Under the pieces are notes generated by a model that did not search any database, was not told where the DNA came from, and saw only the letters and a program-made list of their open reading frames with translations. Source: Acetothermia bacterium 64_32 (GTDB lineage Bacteria; Bipolaricaulota; Bipolaricaulia; Bipolaricaulales; Bipolaricaulaceae). Taken from it: a stretch of DNA of 64,000 nucleotides. The stretch covers positions 35,157 through 99,156 of the forward strand of contig LGFI01000006.1 of the NCBI GenBank assembly GCA_001508155.1, written 5' to 3'. A program made the translations under genes and the position numbers. Positions 46,123 through 53,984 of this stretch are shown piece after piece (positions within the stretch are counted from its first letter, which is position 1; every line of letters starts with the position of its first letter).

Positions 46123-46422
46123 ATGATGGGAAAAATTGAGTTGCCCGAGGCGGAAATTGCGGCGTTTTGCCGTCGCTATAAGGTGCGGAGGCTTTCCCTT
46201 TTTGGCTCCGTACTGCGGGAGGATTTCGGTCCTAAGAGCGATATCGATATGCTTGTGGAATTCGAGCCCGGAGCACAGGTGGGTTTCTTGACCCTCAGCC
46301 GCATGGCACGGGAACTTTCCACCATCCTGGGCCGTCCGGTGGACCTCGTGCCGAGGAGCGGCCTCAAACCGGCAATCCGCGACGCCATACTGAAAGAAGA
46401 GCACGTTATTTATGCGACCTGA
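46123..46422 (+). CDS. mntA: Nucleotidyltransferase antitoxin MntA
   Basis: GSVLREDFGPKSDIDMLVEF. Confidence 0.85.
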   Translation: MMGKIELPEAEIAAFCRRYKVRRLSLFGSVLREDFGPKSDIDMLVEFEPGAQVGFLTLSRMARELSTILGRPVDLVPRSGLKPAIRDAILKEEHVIYAT

Positions 46423-46756
46423 GCGGCTGTATCTGCTGGACATCATAGAAGCAGCCGATGCCATCGCTCGCTTCCTCACCGATGTGGATGAGGGAACTTT
46501 CATGCAGGACGAATTAAGGCAAAGCGCGGTGCTGCACAAGCTTATTGTCATAGGTGAGGATGCGGCCCGTTTGCCCGCCGAATTCAAGGAGCAACATCCG
46601 GAGATCCCATGGTCGGACATTGTGGCTTTTCGTAACATTGCGGTTCATGCGTATTTCTCGGTCGACTGGCGAATTGTCTGGGTAACAGCCACGCAGGAAG
46701 TGCCTGAATTGCGCCGCCAGATCGCTTTACTGCTAGAGGACCTTGGCGATGAATGA
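46412..46756 (+). CDS. hepT: HEPN-domain toxin HepT (DUF86)
   Basis: Rx4HxY motif RNIAVHAY. Overlaps mntA. Confidence 0.85.
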   Translation: MRPERLYLLDIIEAADAIARFLTDVDEGTFMQDELRQSAVLHKLIVIGEDAARLPAEFKEQHPEIPWSDIVAFRNIAVHAYFSVDWRIVWVTATQEVPELRRQIALLLEDLGDE

Positions 46757-46940
46757 GGTGAAAAACGTATCGCACGATGACTACCGCATGACCGAACTCG
46801 GCCCCCTGCTCGAAGAGTAGCAGGTGGTGAGGTTATTGAAGCCATTAAAACCAGTCTGTGGTGGAAAACACTTGACCATGCAAAAGAACGCCTGCGTGCG
46901 GTCCTAGCGCGCAAAGCAACGCGCTGATTTCCAGGAGCGT

Positions 46941-47168
46941 GTGCGGGCTAAGGAAGAAGTTCTAGCCCGATATCAGGCGATCTTCTCTCCGGATCATATC
47001 TCCCACCTTACTGAAGAGGCGTTTCGTTCCTTTCTTTACTTCGAAAACAACAAGCATTGGACCGGTTTGTACCGCCAGGCGAACCGGCTTACCGCAGATA
47101 TGGAGGCGTTACGGGGTGCGCTTGCTATCCTGGTGGATGCATACGATTTTGGAAAAGGTGCTTTATAG
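46941..47168 (+). CDS. Orphan small ORF or gene fragment (motif LTEEAFRSFLYFENNKHWTGL)
   Basis: 75-aa GTG-initiated ORF in the lower-GC part of the island. It is preceded by an in-frame-looking fragment ...EVIEAIKTSLWWKTLDHAKERLRAVLARKATR*. The family is unknown to me. Confidence 0.3.
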   Translation: MRAKEEVLARYQAIFSPDHISHLTEEAFRSFLYFENNKHWTGLYRQANRLTADMEALRGALAILVDAYDFGKGAL

Positions 47169-47173
47169 AGCTG

Positions 47174-47211
47174 ATGTTCACGATTAAGCTATGTTCACGC
47201 ATCGTGAACGT
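47174..47211 (+). promoter_or_regulatory. Candidate operator: ATGTTCACG at 47174 and 47191 as direct repeats, plus inverted CGTGAACGT at 47203
   Basis: Read directly. It lies about 170 bp upstream of the AbiEi-like ORF. Confidence 0.3.
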
Positions 47212-47381
47212 CCAAAAATAGTGACCAATGGATAAAAAAGGATTTTAGACGGCTGTCTGTGGGCACTCTGTGGCCGGTTGAGGCTTGAAATCTCCCCTAT
47301 CCCGGTGGAAGAGCAGGTTAGCCCAGTCCGCCCGGATGCAGTGGTACGACTGACCCTCCCGAGCGGGAAAACTATCGACGT

Positions 47382-48275
47382 GTGGTTGAAGTCAAAGCCC
47401 GACTCCGGCCATCTACGGTCCCTGAGATCCGACCCAGCTCGCCACTTACAAGGAACAGGCAGGCTGCAGTGCTAGTCGCTGCGCCCTACGTCCCGGAGAC
47501 GCTAGCTCAAAAGCTTCGTGATCAGGGGCTTTGGTTCGTGGGCAGTCTGGGCAATGCATACATTGAAATGCCAGGGGAAATACTGATCTACACTACCGGA
47601 AAACGACCGGCTCGCTGGCAGCCCCCAAACGCATCTTGGATGAGCGCACAGGGTGCCAAGGTCCTATTTCAGCTTCTCATCCTCGGCTCCAGAGTCCACG
47701 CCACCTATCGCGACATTGTCCGAAACACTGGTGTGTCGCTCGGAATGGTTTCCAAAATCATCACGAGCCTCCTCGGAAGAGGAGTAATCAGCCCTCGTGC
47801 CCGGGGCGTCTACGAGATCGTAGAGCCCCACCGACTCTTGGAGATGTGGAGTGACGCTTACGCGCTCAAGTTGCGGCCGAAGATCTCGCTGGGACGGTTC
47901 CGATCGCTGTACGGCGCGGACTTCGCCAGGATGTTCAAGGAGACGAGCAAAGCCGAGATGAAAAGTGTGGTCATTGGTGGAGAATATGCAGCGGACAAGC
48001 TGACCGGGTACCTGCGGGCCGGCTTGGTGAGCCTTTATGTGCCCCCAGATCGTGTCCGGGCCGTGCTAGGGGTGTTGAGGCTGGCCCCCTCATCGGAGGG
48101 GAACATAGAACTGTACGAGGCATTCGCTAAACGGCTCACGATGCCCCGCTCCAGAAAATGGCCACCCCTCGCACATCCAGTCCTTGTATACGCCGAGCTT
48201 TTGGCCACCGACGATCCCCGCTGCGGGGAGGCAGCCCGCAGGCTAAAGGAAAGGTATCTACCATGGATCCAGTAA
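47382..48275 (+). CDS. AbiEi-like putative type IV antitoxin / wHTH regulator
   Basis: wHTH segment GVSLGMVSKIITSLLGRGVISPRARGVYEIV. It overlaps the start of a downstream AbiEii-like NTase remnant, as abiEi/abiEii genes do. The ORF-track start is GTG at 47382; an alternative in-frame ATG lies at 47640. Confidence 0.45.
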   Translation: MVEVKARLRPSTVPEIRPSSPLTRNRQAAVLVAAPYVPETLAQKLRDQGLWFVGSLGNAYIEMPGEILIYTTGKRPARWQPPNASWMSAQGAKVLFQLLILGSRVHATYRDIVRNTGVSLGMVSKIITSLLGRGVISPRARGVYEIVEPHRLLEMWSDAYALKLRPKISLGRFRSLYGADFARMFKETSKAEMKSVVIGGEYAADKLTGYLRAGLVSLYVPPDRVRAVLGVLRLAPSSEGNIELYEAFAKRLTMPRSRKWPPLAHPVLVYAELLATDDPRCGEAARRLKERYLPWIQ

Positions 48276-49045
48276 ACGCCTTGAGCCGCATATTGTCGCG
48301 GCTCTATGCCATGTTACAAACGCGCTTACCCGATCTCGGCTTCCCTACGCGTTGATCGGGGCGAACGCATTGATCCTTCAGGGAGTGAAGTTAAGCCGTT
48401 CAACGCGTGACCTCGACTTCGTGATGGCTCTCCACCGCGGATTGGATTCTGAAACGGGCCGGAATGCGCTCTTCCAGTATCCCTCATCGCTTTTACACGG
48501 AGTCAGGGGTTGAGCTGGATGTGCTACCACTGGATCCGCCAGCGGAACGTCAACAAGAGATCCACTTTCCGAATGGAGAAAGGATTTCCGCCATTGGACT
48601 TGCCGAAGCCCTGCGATGGTCCTCGGAGATCAACGTTGGGTAGTGCATCGTCCGTGTGGCCAAGTTACCCGTTTTAGTCGCCCTGAAGCTCCACGCTGCA
48701 ACGCACCGGGTTGGAGAGCAAGACCTCCGGGATGCCTTCACTGCGATGCAGCAATACGCCAGCGAAGGGGAGCGGCGGTTCCTCGAAGTAAATTATGAAA
48801 CACACCCCGAGCTCGAGTACGAGGCCGCAGGCGCGTTCCTCCTCGCTCGCGACCTGCACAAACACGCTGACGAGTCAAGACTAATCCACATCCGGGCAGA
48901 CGTGGAGACACTCCTCGCGGATGAAGGCATGAGCAGCCAACGAGAACTTGGCCTTCGCTTTGATCCACTCCTCCGTGCTTTTCGGTTGGGCCTGGAAGAA
49001 AGTCTTTTCAATGTCCGGCTACAAGTCCCCCACCTGCAAGCCTAG
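48264..49045 (+). pseudogene. AbiEii-like (DUF1814) nucleotidyltransferase toxin gene, multiply disrupted
   Basis: Pieces: ...LPDLGFP, then after a -1 shift YALIGANALILQGVKLSRSTRDLDFVMAL, a stop, ...TESGVELDVLPLD..., a stop, IVRVAKLPVLVALKLHAATHRVGEQDLRD... The pieces are separated by a frameshift and in-frame TGA and TAG. Confidence 0.5.
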
Positions 49046-49288
49046 GATCTCCAAGACATCGACTGCGTGGGCGCAGCCAAGGCAGGCCAGTTGTGGCCGC
49101 GTTCGAGTTTGCCCGCCGCTTCTTCCAACGGGCAAAGAGGGAGATCACCCGGCAGCTTGCTGAAGCAGGGAAAATCCCGGGGATTGAGCCTTCAGACCAC
49201 CTCATCGTTACCCGGGGAGGTTGGCTTTCCCTCCGGCGCGAAGGACACCTCTAACTTGTGTCGTGGCATTCCTGGCTTCCGGGCTACC

Positions 49289-49338
49289 TTGACGTAGTAG
49301 GGTGGGCCTTTTATCATAATATTGCAAAGTTGTGCAAT
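49289..49338 (+). promoter_or_regulatory. Promoter and candidate ArsR operator of the second ars-type operon
   Basis: TTGACG, a 17-nt spacer, TATCAT/CATAAT, then the inverted repeat ATTGCAAAGTTGTGCAAT at 49321-49338. RBS AGGAGG lies before the ATG at 49355. Confidence 0.5.
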
Positions 49339-49354
49339 AAAGCAAGGAGGCTGA

Positions 49355-49642
49355 ATGGACAAAGACTTCCTAATCGCGAGCGTGGCCAAGGCGCTGGCGA
49401 GCCCGGTGAGGGTCCGGATCCTCAAAATCCTGGAGGAGGGGGAGCGGTGTGGATGTGAGCTTGTGCCGCTCCTTTCGCTCGATCCCTCGGTGGTCTCACG
49501 GCACCTCTCGGTCCTCGCCCGGGCGGGGCTGGTGGAGTCCCGCCGGGACGGGGTCAGGATCCTCTGGCGACTTTCCAGCCCCGAGATTTCCCGGCTCCTT
49601 CGGTGTCTTGAAAGCCTGGCCTGCGAAAAGGAGGCCGTATGA
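49355..49642 (+). CDS. arsR: ArsR/SmtB family repressor (CxC type)
   Basis: ERCGCELVPLL corresponds to the ELCVCDL metalloid site. Confidence 0.85.
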   Translation: MDKDFLIASVAKALASPVRVRILKILEEGERCGCELVPLLSLDPSVVSRHLSVLARAGLVESRRDGVRILWRLSSPEISRLLRCLESLACEKEAV

Positions 49643-50952
49643 GCCGGAACCTCAAGCTCTTCGCCTGGATCGCGGGGACGTTCCTCTTCGCCTACTTCGT
49701 CCCCTTCTCCCACCCCAAGGTCCAAAAGGCGCTCACCGAGGCGTTCCTCATGCTTCAGGAGTACGCGCGAGAGCATGTCCTCACCTGCCTTGTTCCCGCC
49801 TTCTTCATCGCCGGGGCGATCTCGGTCTTCATCTCGCAGGCGGCGGTGATCCGGTATCTGGGGTATCGGGCGAAGAAGGTCCTGGCCTACGGGGTGGCCT
49901 CGGTTTCGGGGACGATCCTTGCCGTGTGCTCCTGCACCGTCTTGCCCCTCTTCGCCGGGATCTACAAGCGCGGGGCAGGGCTCGGGCCGGCCATCGCCTT
50001 CCTCTACTCGGGGCCGGCGATCAACATCCTCGCCATCATCCTCACAGCCAGGGTCCTGGGGGCCTCTCTCGGCCTTGCCCGGGCGGTCGGAGCGGTCCTC
50101 TTTTCCGTCGTCATCGGCCTCTTAATGCACCTAATCTTCCGCAAAGAGGAACGTGAAAAGGCCGAGGCGGCCCTGGCAATGCCCGAGCCCGAGCGCCCGA
50201 AGCGTCCCCTATGGAAGACGGCGGTGCTTTTTGCCCTGATGATCGCGGTGCTTGTGTTCGCCAACTGGGGGCGGCCGAGCTCGGTGACCCTGCACCTTTC
50301 TGACGGCACGGTCATCACCGGGATCCGCGCCGGGGAGGAGGCCGATGCCATCCTCGTGAAGCTTCCCGATACCGGGGAGATGCTGCACGTGGCCAAGGCC
50401 GAGATCGTTTCCACCGAATACGCCCAAAGCGCCTACACGACGCTTTGGCGCTACCGGTTTGCGGTGGCGGGCGTCTTCCTCCTCGTCCTCCTTTCTCTCC
50501 TTCCCGCCTGGATGGAGCGAGAGGAGGGGAAGGCCTGGCTACATTCCACCTGGGATTACGCGGTGATGATCCTTCCCTATCTCTTCGGGGGGGTGCTTGT
50601 GGCCGGGTTCCTTTTGGGCCGTCCGGGGTCAGAGGCCCTGATCCCGGCCCGCTGGATCCAGGTCGCAGTGGGAGGCAATTCCTGGGCGGCGTGCGCCATC
50701 GCGTCGGTGGCCGGGGCCCTCATGTACTTTGCCACCCTCACCGAGGTCCCGATCCTTCAGGGCCTCATCGGAGCGGGGATGGGTCCGGGGCCGGCTTTGG
50801 CGCTGCTCCTCGCGGGCCCTGCCCTTTCCCTTCCCAATATGCTCGTCATCCGCAGGATCCTGGGGACCAAGAAGACCTTGGCCTACGTGACCCTGGTGGT
50901 GATCGCCGCCACCCTGACCGGAAAGCTCTACGGGACGGTGGTGGGACCATGA
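49639..50952 (+). CDS. DUF318-type permease, ArsP-like (CSC motif)
   Basis: Two permease halves. VCSCTVLPLF resembles the ArsP TPFcSCS motif. A ~90-aa soluble insert lies between the halves. Confidence 0.65.
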   Translation: MSRNLKLFAWIAGTFLFAYFVPFSHPKVQKALTEAFLMLQEYAREHVLTCLVPAFFIAGAISVFISQAAVIRYLGYRAKKVLAYGVASVSGTILAVCSCTVLPLFAGIYKRGAGLGPAIAFLYSGPAINILAIILTARVLGASLGLARAVGAVLFSVVIGLLMHLIFRKEEREKAEAALAMPEPERPKRPLWKTAVLFALMIAVLVFANWGRPSSVTLHLSDGTVITGIRAGEEADAILVKLPDTGEMLHVAKAEIVSTEYAQSAYTTLWRYRFAVAGVFLLVLLSLLPAWMEREEGKAWLHSTWDYAVMILPYLFGGVLVAGFLLGRPGSEALIPARWIQVAVGGNSWAACAIASVAGALMYFATLTEVPILQGLIGAGMGPGPALALLLAGPALSLPNMLVIRRILGTKKTLAYVTLVVIAATLTGKLYGTVVGP

Positions 50953-51194
50953 AGAGGTGTTGTGATCTGAGGAGCATCGAGTTCATCGAGGTCCAAGGCA
51001 GGAAGGTGGGGATCTTCGGGCTGCGGGAGGCGATCGCGGAGGTCTCTTCCCTTGGACTTTCGGACGAGGAAAGGATCGCCGAGGAGCTCCTTTCGCGGAT
51101 CGCCGCCCGGAACTACGTCTCCCGCGAAGCCCGTCCCGCTTACAAGGAGGCGCTCCTCCGGGAGTACCGAAAGGCGGTGAGAAAGAATGGTTGA
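50949..51194 (+). CDS. Small hypothetical protein with an N-terminal CC pair
   Basis: 81 aa starting MKRCCDL, ATGA-coupled to the permease. The ORF track draws an upstream extension from 50445, which I judge spurious. Confidence 0.45.
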   Translation: MKRCCDLRSIEFIEVQGRKVGIFGLREAIAEVSSLGLSDEERIAEELLSRIAARNYVSREARPAYKEALLREYRKAVRKNG

Positions 51195-51549
51195 GAGGGC
51201 GCTTCTTGTCTGCTTCGGCGGGATGTCCAACGTGGGGACCATGACGGGCCTTGCGGCTCTGGAGCTTGCCCGCGCCGGTGAGGCCACCATCTTTTGTCTA
51301 GCATCGCTCGCAAACGGCGATCCGGTGGTGAGAAAGCGCCTTAAAGAGGCGGAGAGGATCGTGACGGTGGACGGTTGCCCCCTCGCTTGTGCCAAGAGGA
51401 TCGCGGAGCGGGCCGGCTTCCCCCCACACCGGTCCCTGGTGCTTTCCCAGGACCTGGGGATCGCCAAGGGCCCGCCGATGAAGGTGGCCGAGGAGGACGT
51501 GGCCCGGGCCGCCGCACTTATCCGGGAGGCGCTGGGAGAGAAAGCTTGA
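51187..51549 (+). CDS. DGC-domain putative zinc-binding protein
   Basis: VTVDGCPLACAKR (DGC motif) plus additional Cys residues. Confidence 0.6.
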   Translation: MVERALLVCFGGMSNVGTMTGLAALELARAGEATIFCLASLANGDPVVRKRLKEAERIVTVDGCPLACAKRIAERAGFPPHRSLVLSQDLGIAKGPPMKVAEEDVARAAALIREALGEKA

Positions 51550-51553
51550 GGCG

Positions 51554-51835
51554 ATGAAAAAGGACCGCGGGCTATTGAAGGGGTTTGCGTACATCAAGAC
51601 GTCGTTTCCCCCTTGTCATCCGGGGGAGGCGGAGTGGGTGCGGGCCCTCATAAACCCCACCTGGGAACGCCGCGGGGAGATCGAGCCGAGCTACAAGACT
51701 TGGGCCAAGCTCACCGCACTCTGGGTCTACAGGCATCTCCCCAAGAACAACCGTGGCCGTTGCGGGCAACTCACATGCATGGCATCCACCCTCAGGCTCG
51801 TGGGAGAGGGGGCGACGATCCAGCGTTGGGTGTGA
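51554..51835 (+). CDS. Hypothetical Cys-containing protein
   Basis: 93-aa ORF within a tightly coupled operon. Confidence 0.4.
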   Translation: MKKDRGLLKGFAYIKTSFPPCHPGEAEWVRALINPTWERRGEIEPSYKTWAKLTALWVYRHLPKNNRGRCGQLTCMASTLRLVGEGATIQRWV

Positions 51836-51848
51836 AACCTAAAAGGAG

Positions 51849-52097
51849 GTGGTTTTAATGAAGATCGAGGTACTCGGGACCGGCTGTCCCAAGTGTCAGG
51901 CGACCATCAGGAACGCGGAGCAGGCGGTGCGGGAGCTTTCGATCCAGGCGGAGATCGCCAAGGTGGATGATCTTGCGGAGATCGCGGCCCGGGGGGTGAT
52001 GGTGACCCCGGCCCTGGCCATCGACGGCGAGATCAAGTGCTCCGGCCGCATCCCGACGGTTGAGGAGATCAAGTCCTGGCTTAAGGAGGACCCATGA
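51849..52097 (+). CDS. Thioredoxin-fold redox-active disulfide protein (small CPKC protein)
   Basis: KIEVLGTGCPKCQ...PALAIDGEIKCSGRIPTVEEI. Confidence 0.75.
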   Translation: MVLMKIEVLGTGCPKCQATIRNAEQAVRELSIQAEIAKVDDLAEIAARGVMVTPALAIDGEIKCSGRIPTVEEIKSWLKEDP

Positions 52098-53131
52098 GGG
52101 TTTGGTGTTTGGTGTTGCTCGTGGGGCTGGGGGCCCTGGCCGGCCCCCAGCTCCGGGTGGACCAGCCGGTTTACGACTTCGGGCAGGTCACCGAGGGTTA
52201 CGTGGTGAAGCACACGTTCCTCATCACGAACGTAGGGGATGCCCCGGCGAGGTTCACCTATCCCCCCATCACCAGCTGCGGCTGCACCACCGTCCCGCTG
52301 CCCAAACAGGAGCTTGCCCCGGGCGAATCCATGGAGCTTCCCGTCCTGTTTGACTCAAGCGGCTACGGGGGAAAGGAGGTCACCGAGACGGTGACCCTTT
52401 ACCTGGAGGGGGAAAGCCCGTTGCGCCTGGTATTGCAGGGCTTTGTGGAGCCGGCGGGGGAGCACCAGCGGCCGGCCTCCACCCTGTTTTACAGCTACTA
52501 CATCCTGGTGGACGTGCGGGCCCCGGAGGCGTTCGCCAGGGGGCACCTTTTGGGGGCAGTGAACATCCCGCTTGCGGAGCTCCCCAAGCTCATGACACGG
52601 CTGCCCGAGGGGGCCAGGGCCGTGCCCATCTTCGTCTATGACGAGACAGGCCAGGGAGCATCCCAAGGAGTTGGGGTGCTCGTGGAAGGGGGCTTTTACT
52701 TTGCCCGCAGTCTGGCCGGAGGGCTCTCGGGCTGGTGGCAAGGCTACGGGGACCTCTTCTGGCTCGGGGAGCCCCCCACCGGGCTTGGCGCCCCAGAGGA
52801 GGGGGAAAGGGCGGTGTCCTCGGGGAGACTGGCCAGGGACTACCTGCTCCTCTTGGACCTGCGGCCCGCCGAGGAGTTCGCCCAAGGGCACCTCCCCGGG
52901 GCGGTGAACGTGGAGCCGGAGGCCCTCCCGAGATGGGTATGGGGACTTCCTCTGCCTGAGGCCCTCCCCCCCGGGGTCAAGCTCACCGTTTGGTGCCTTG
53001 ACGAGGATGGGGAGGTGGCCGCTCGGGTGGCGGGTTCCCTGCAAGCGGCCGGGCTCCCCGCCTACGCCGTGGTGGGGGGACTTAATCAGTGGCGAGAGCT
53101 TTACGGACAGGACCTCTTCTGGAGGCCATAG
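52094..53131 (+). CDS. Secreted DUF1573-domain protein fused to two rhodanese-like domains
   Basis: Signal peptide. PVYDFGQV...ITSCGCTTV (DUF1573). Two LVDVRAPEEF / LLDLRPAEEF rhodanese repeats. The first active-site position is Asp, not Cys. Confidence 0.7.
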   Translation: MRVWCLVLLVGLGALAGPQLRVDQPVYDFGQVTEGYVVKHTFLITNVGDAPARFTYPPITSCGCTTVPLPKQELAPGESMELPVLFDSSGYGGKEVTETVTLYLEGESPLRLVLQGFVEPAGEHQRPASTLFYSYYILVDVRAPEAFARGHLLGAVNIPLAELPKLMTRLPEGARAVPIFVYDETGQGASQGVGVLVEGGFYFARSLAGGLSGWWQGYGDLFWLGEPPTGLGAPEEGERAVSSGRLARDYLLLLDLRPAEEFAQGHLPGAVNVEPEALPRWVWGLPLPEALPPGVKLTVWCLDEDGEVAARVAGSLQAAGLPAYAVVGGLNQWRELYGQDLFWRP

Positions 53132-53150
53132 GCCTCCTTCCCCCGTGCCC

Positions 53151-53179
53151 TTGACCCCCGGGAACCGCCCAGATAAAAT
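53151..53179 (+). promoter_or_regulatory. Sigma70-like promoter (TTGACC, 17 nt, TAAAAT) for the GntR operon
   Basis: Read directly. It is followed by the small inverted repeat TCGGTTGACCGA. Confidence 0.45.
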
Positions 53180-53199
53180 TTGCTCGGTTGACCGGACAA

Positions 53200-53910
53200 A
53201 TGGAGGAAAAGCTCTACGCGAGGATCAAGGACTGGCTTCGTCTTGAGATCGAGGCGGGGCGGTATCGGCCCGGGGACCGCATCCCCACGGAGCATGAGCT
53301 GATGGAGAGGTTCGGGGTGTCCAGGGCCACGGTGCGGCATGCCATTCAGGAGCTGGTCCTGGAGGGCTGGCTTTACAGGGTGCAGGGGAGTGGGACCTTC
53401 GTGGCCAGGCCGAAGTACCGGCAGACCCTGTCCCGCCTCACCAGCTTCACCGAGGACATGCACCTTTTGGGCCTCACCCCCCGGGCCCGGCTGCTCCAGT
53501 TCCAGGTGGAGGGGGCAAGGCCCCCGGTGGCCGAGGCCCTGGGGATCCCCCCCGGGTCCCAGGTGCTCAGGATAGAGCGGCTGCGCTATGCGGACGATGA
53601 GCCCATGGCGATCAACCTTTCCATCCTGCCCCGGGAGCTTTTGCCCGACCTGAACCCCGCCGAGCTGGAAGGGAAATCCCTTTATAACATTTTAGAGAAA
53701 AAATATGGCTTTATCCTATCAAGGGCTGAGCAGACGTTGGAGCCGGCCCTGGCCGATGAGTACACGGCCAAGCTGCTTGAGGTCCCGGTGGGGTCGCCGC
53801 TCCTTTTGGTGGAGGGGGTGGTGTACCTGAAGAACGGGGTCCCCATCGAGTGGGTGCAGATCCGTTACCGCGGCGACCGCTACAAGTTCCACATCGTCTC
53901 TGTCAGATAG
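53200..53910 (+). CDS. GntR family transcriptional regulator (HutC/UTRA type)
   Basis: N-terminal wHTH RIPTEHELMERFGVSRATVRHAIQEL and a UTRA effector domain. The ORF track gives an alternative TTG at 53188. Confidence 0.85.
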   Translation: MEEKLYARIKDWLRLEIEAGRYRPGDRIPTEHELMERFGVSRATVRHAIQELVLEGWLYRVQGSGTFVARPKYRQTLSRLTSFTEDMHLLGLTPRARLLQFQVEGARPPVAEALGIPPGSQVLRIERLRYADDEPMAINLSILPRELLPDLNPAELEGKSLYNILEKKYGFILSRAEQTLEPALADEYTAKLLEVPVGSPLLLVEGVVYLKNGVPIEWVQIRYRGDRYKFHIVSVR

Positions 53911-53984
53911 GGGGTGATATATGGAAGATAGACCCTGACAAAACAGAAATCTTTACTCAACTCAGTAATTAAGGAGGGATTAAT

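Noticed and set aside
45715-46638. 307-aa minus-strand ORF across vapC, mntA and hepT
   Set aside because: It is antisense to three plus-strand genes with clear family motifs and has no recognisable domain.
49192-49776. 194-aa minus-strand ORF opposite the arsR2 promoter and gene
   Set aside because: It is antisense to a well-formed promoter/RBS/ArsR gene. I treat it as an artefact.
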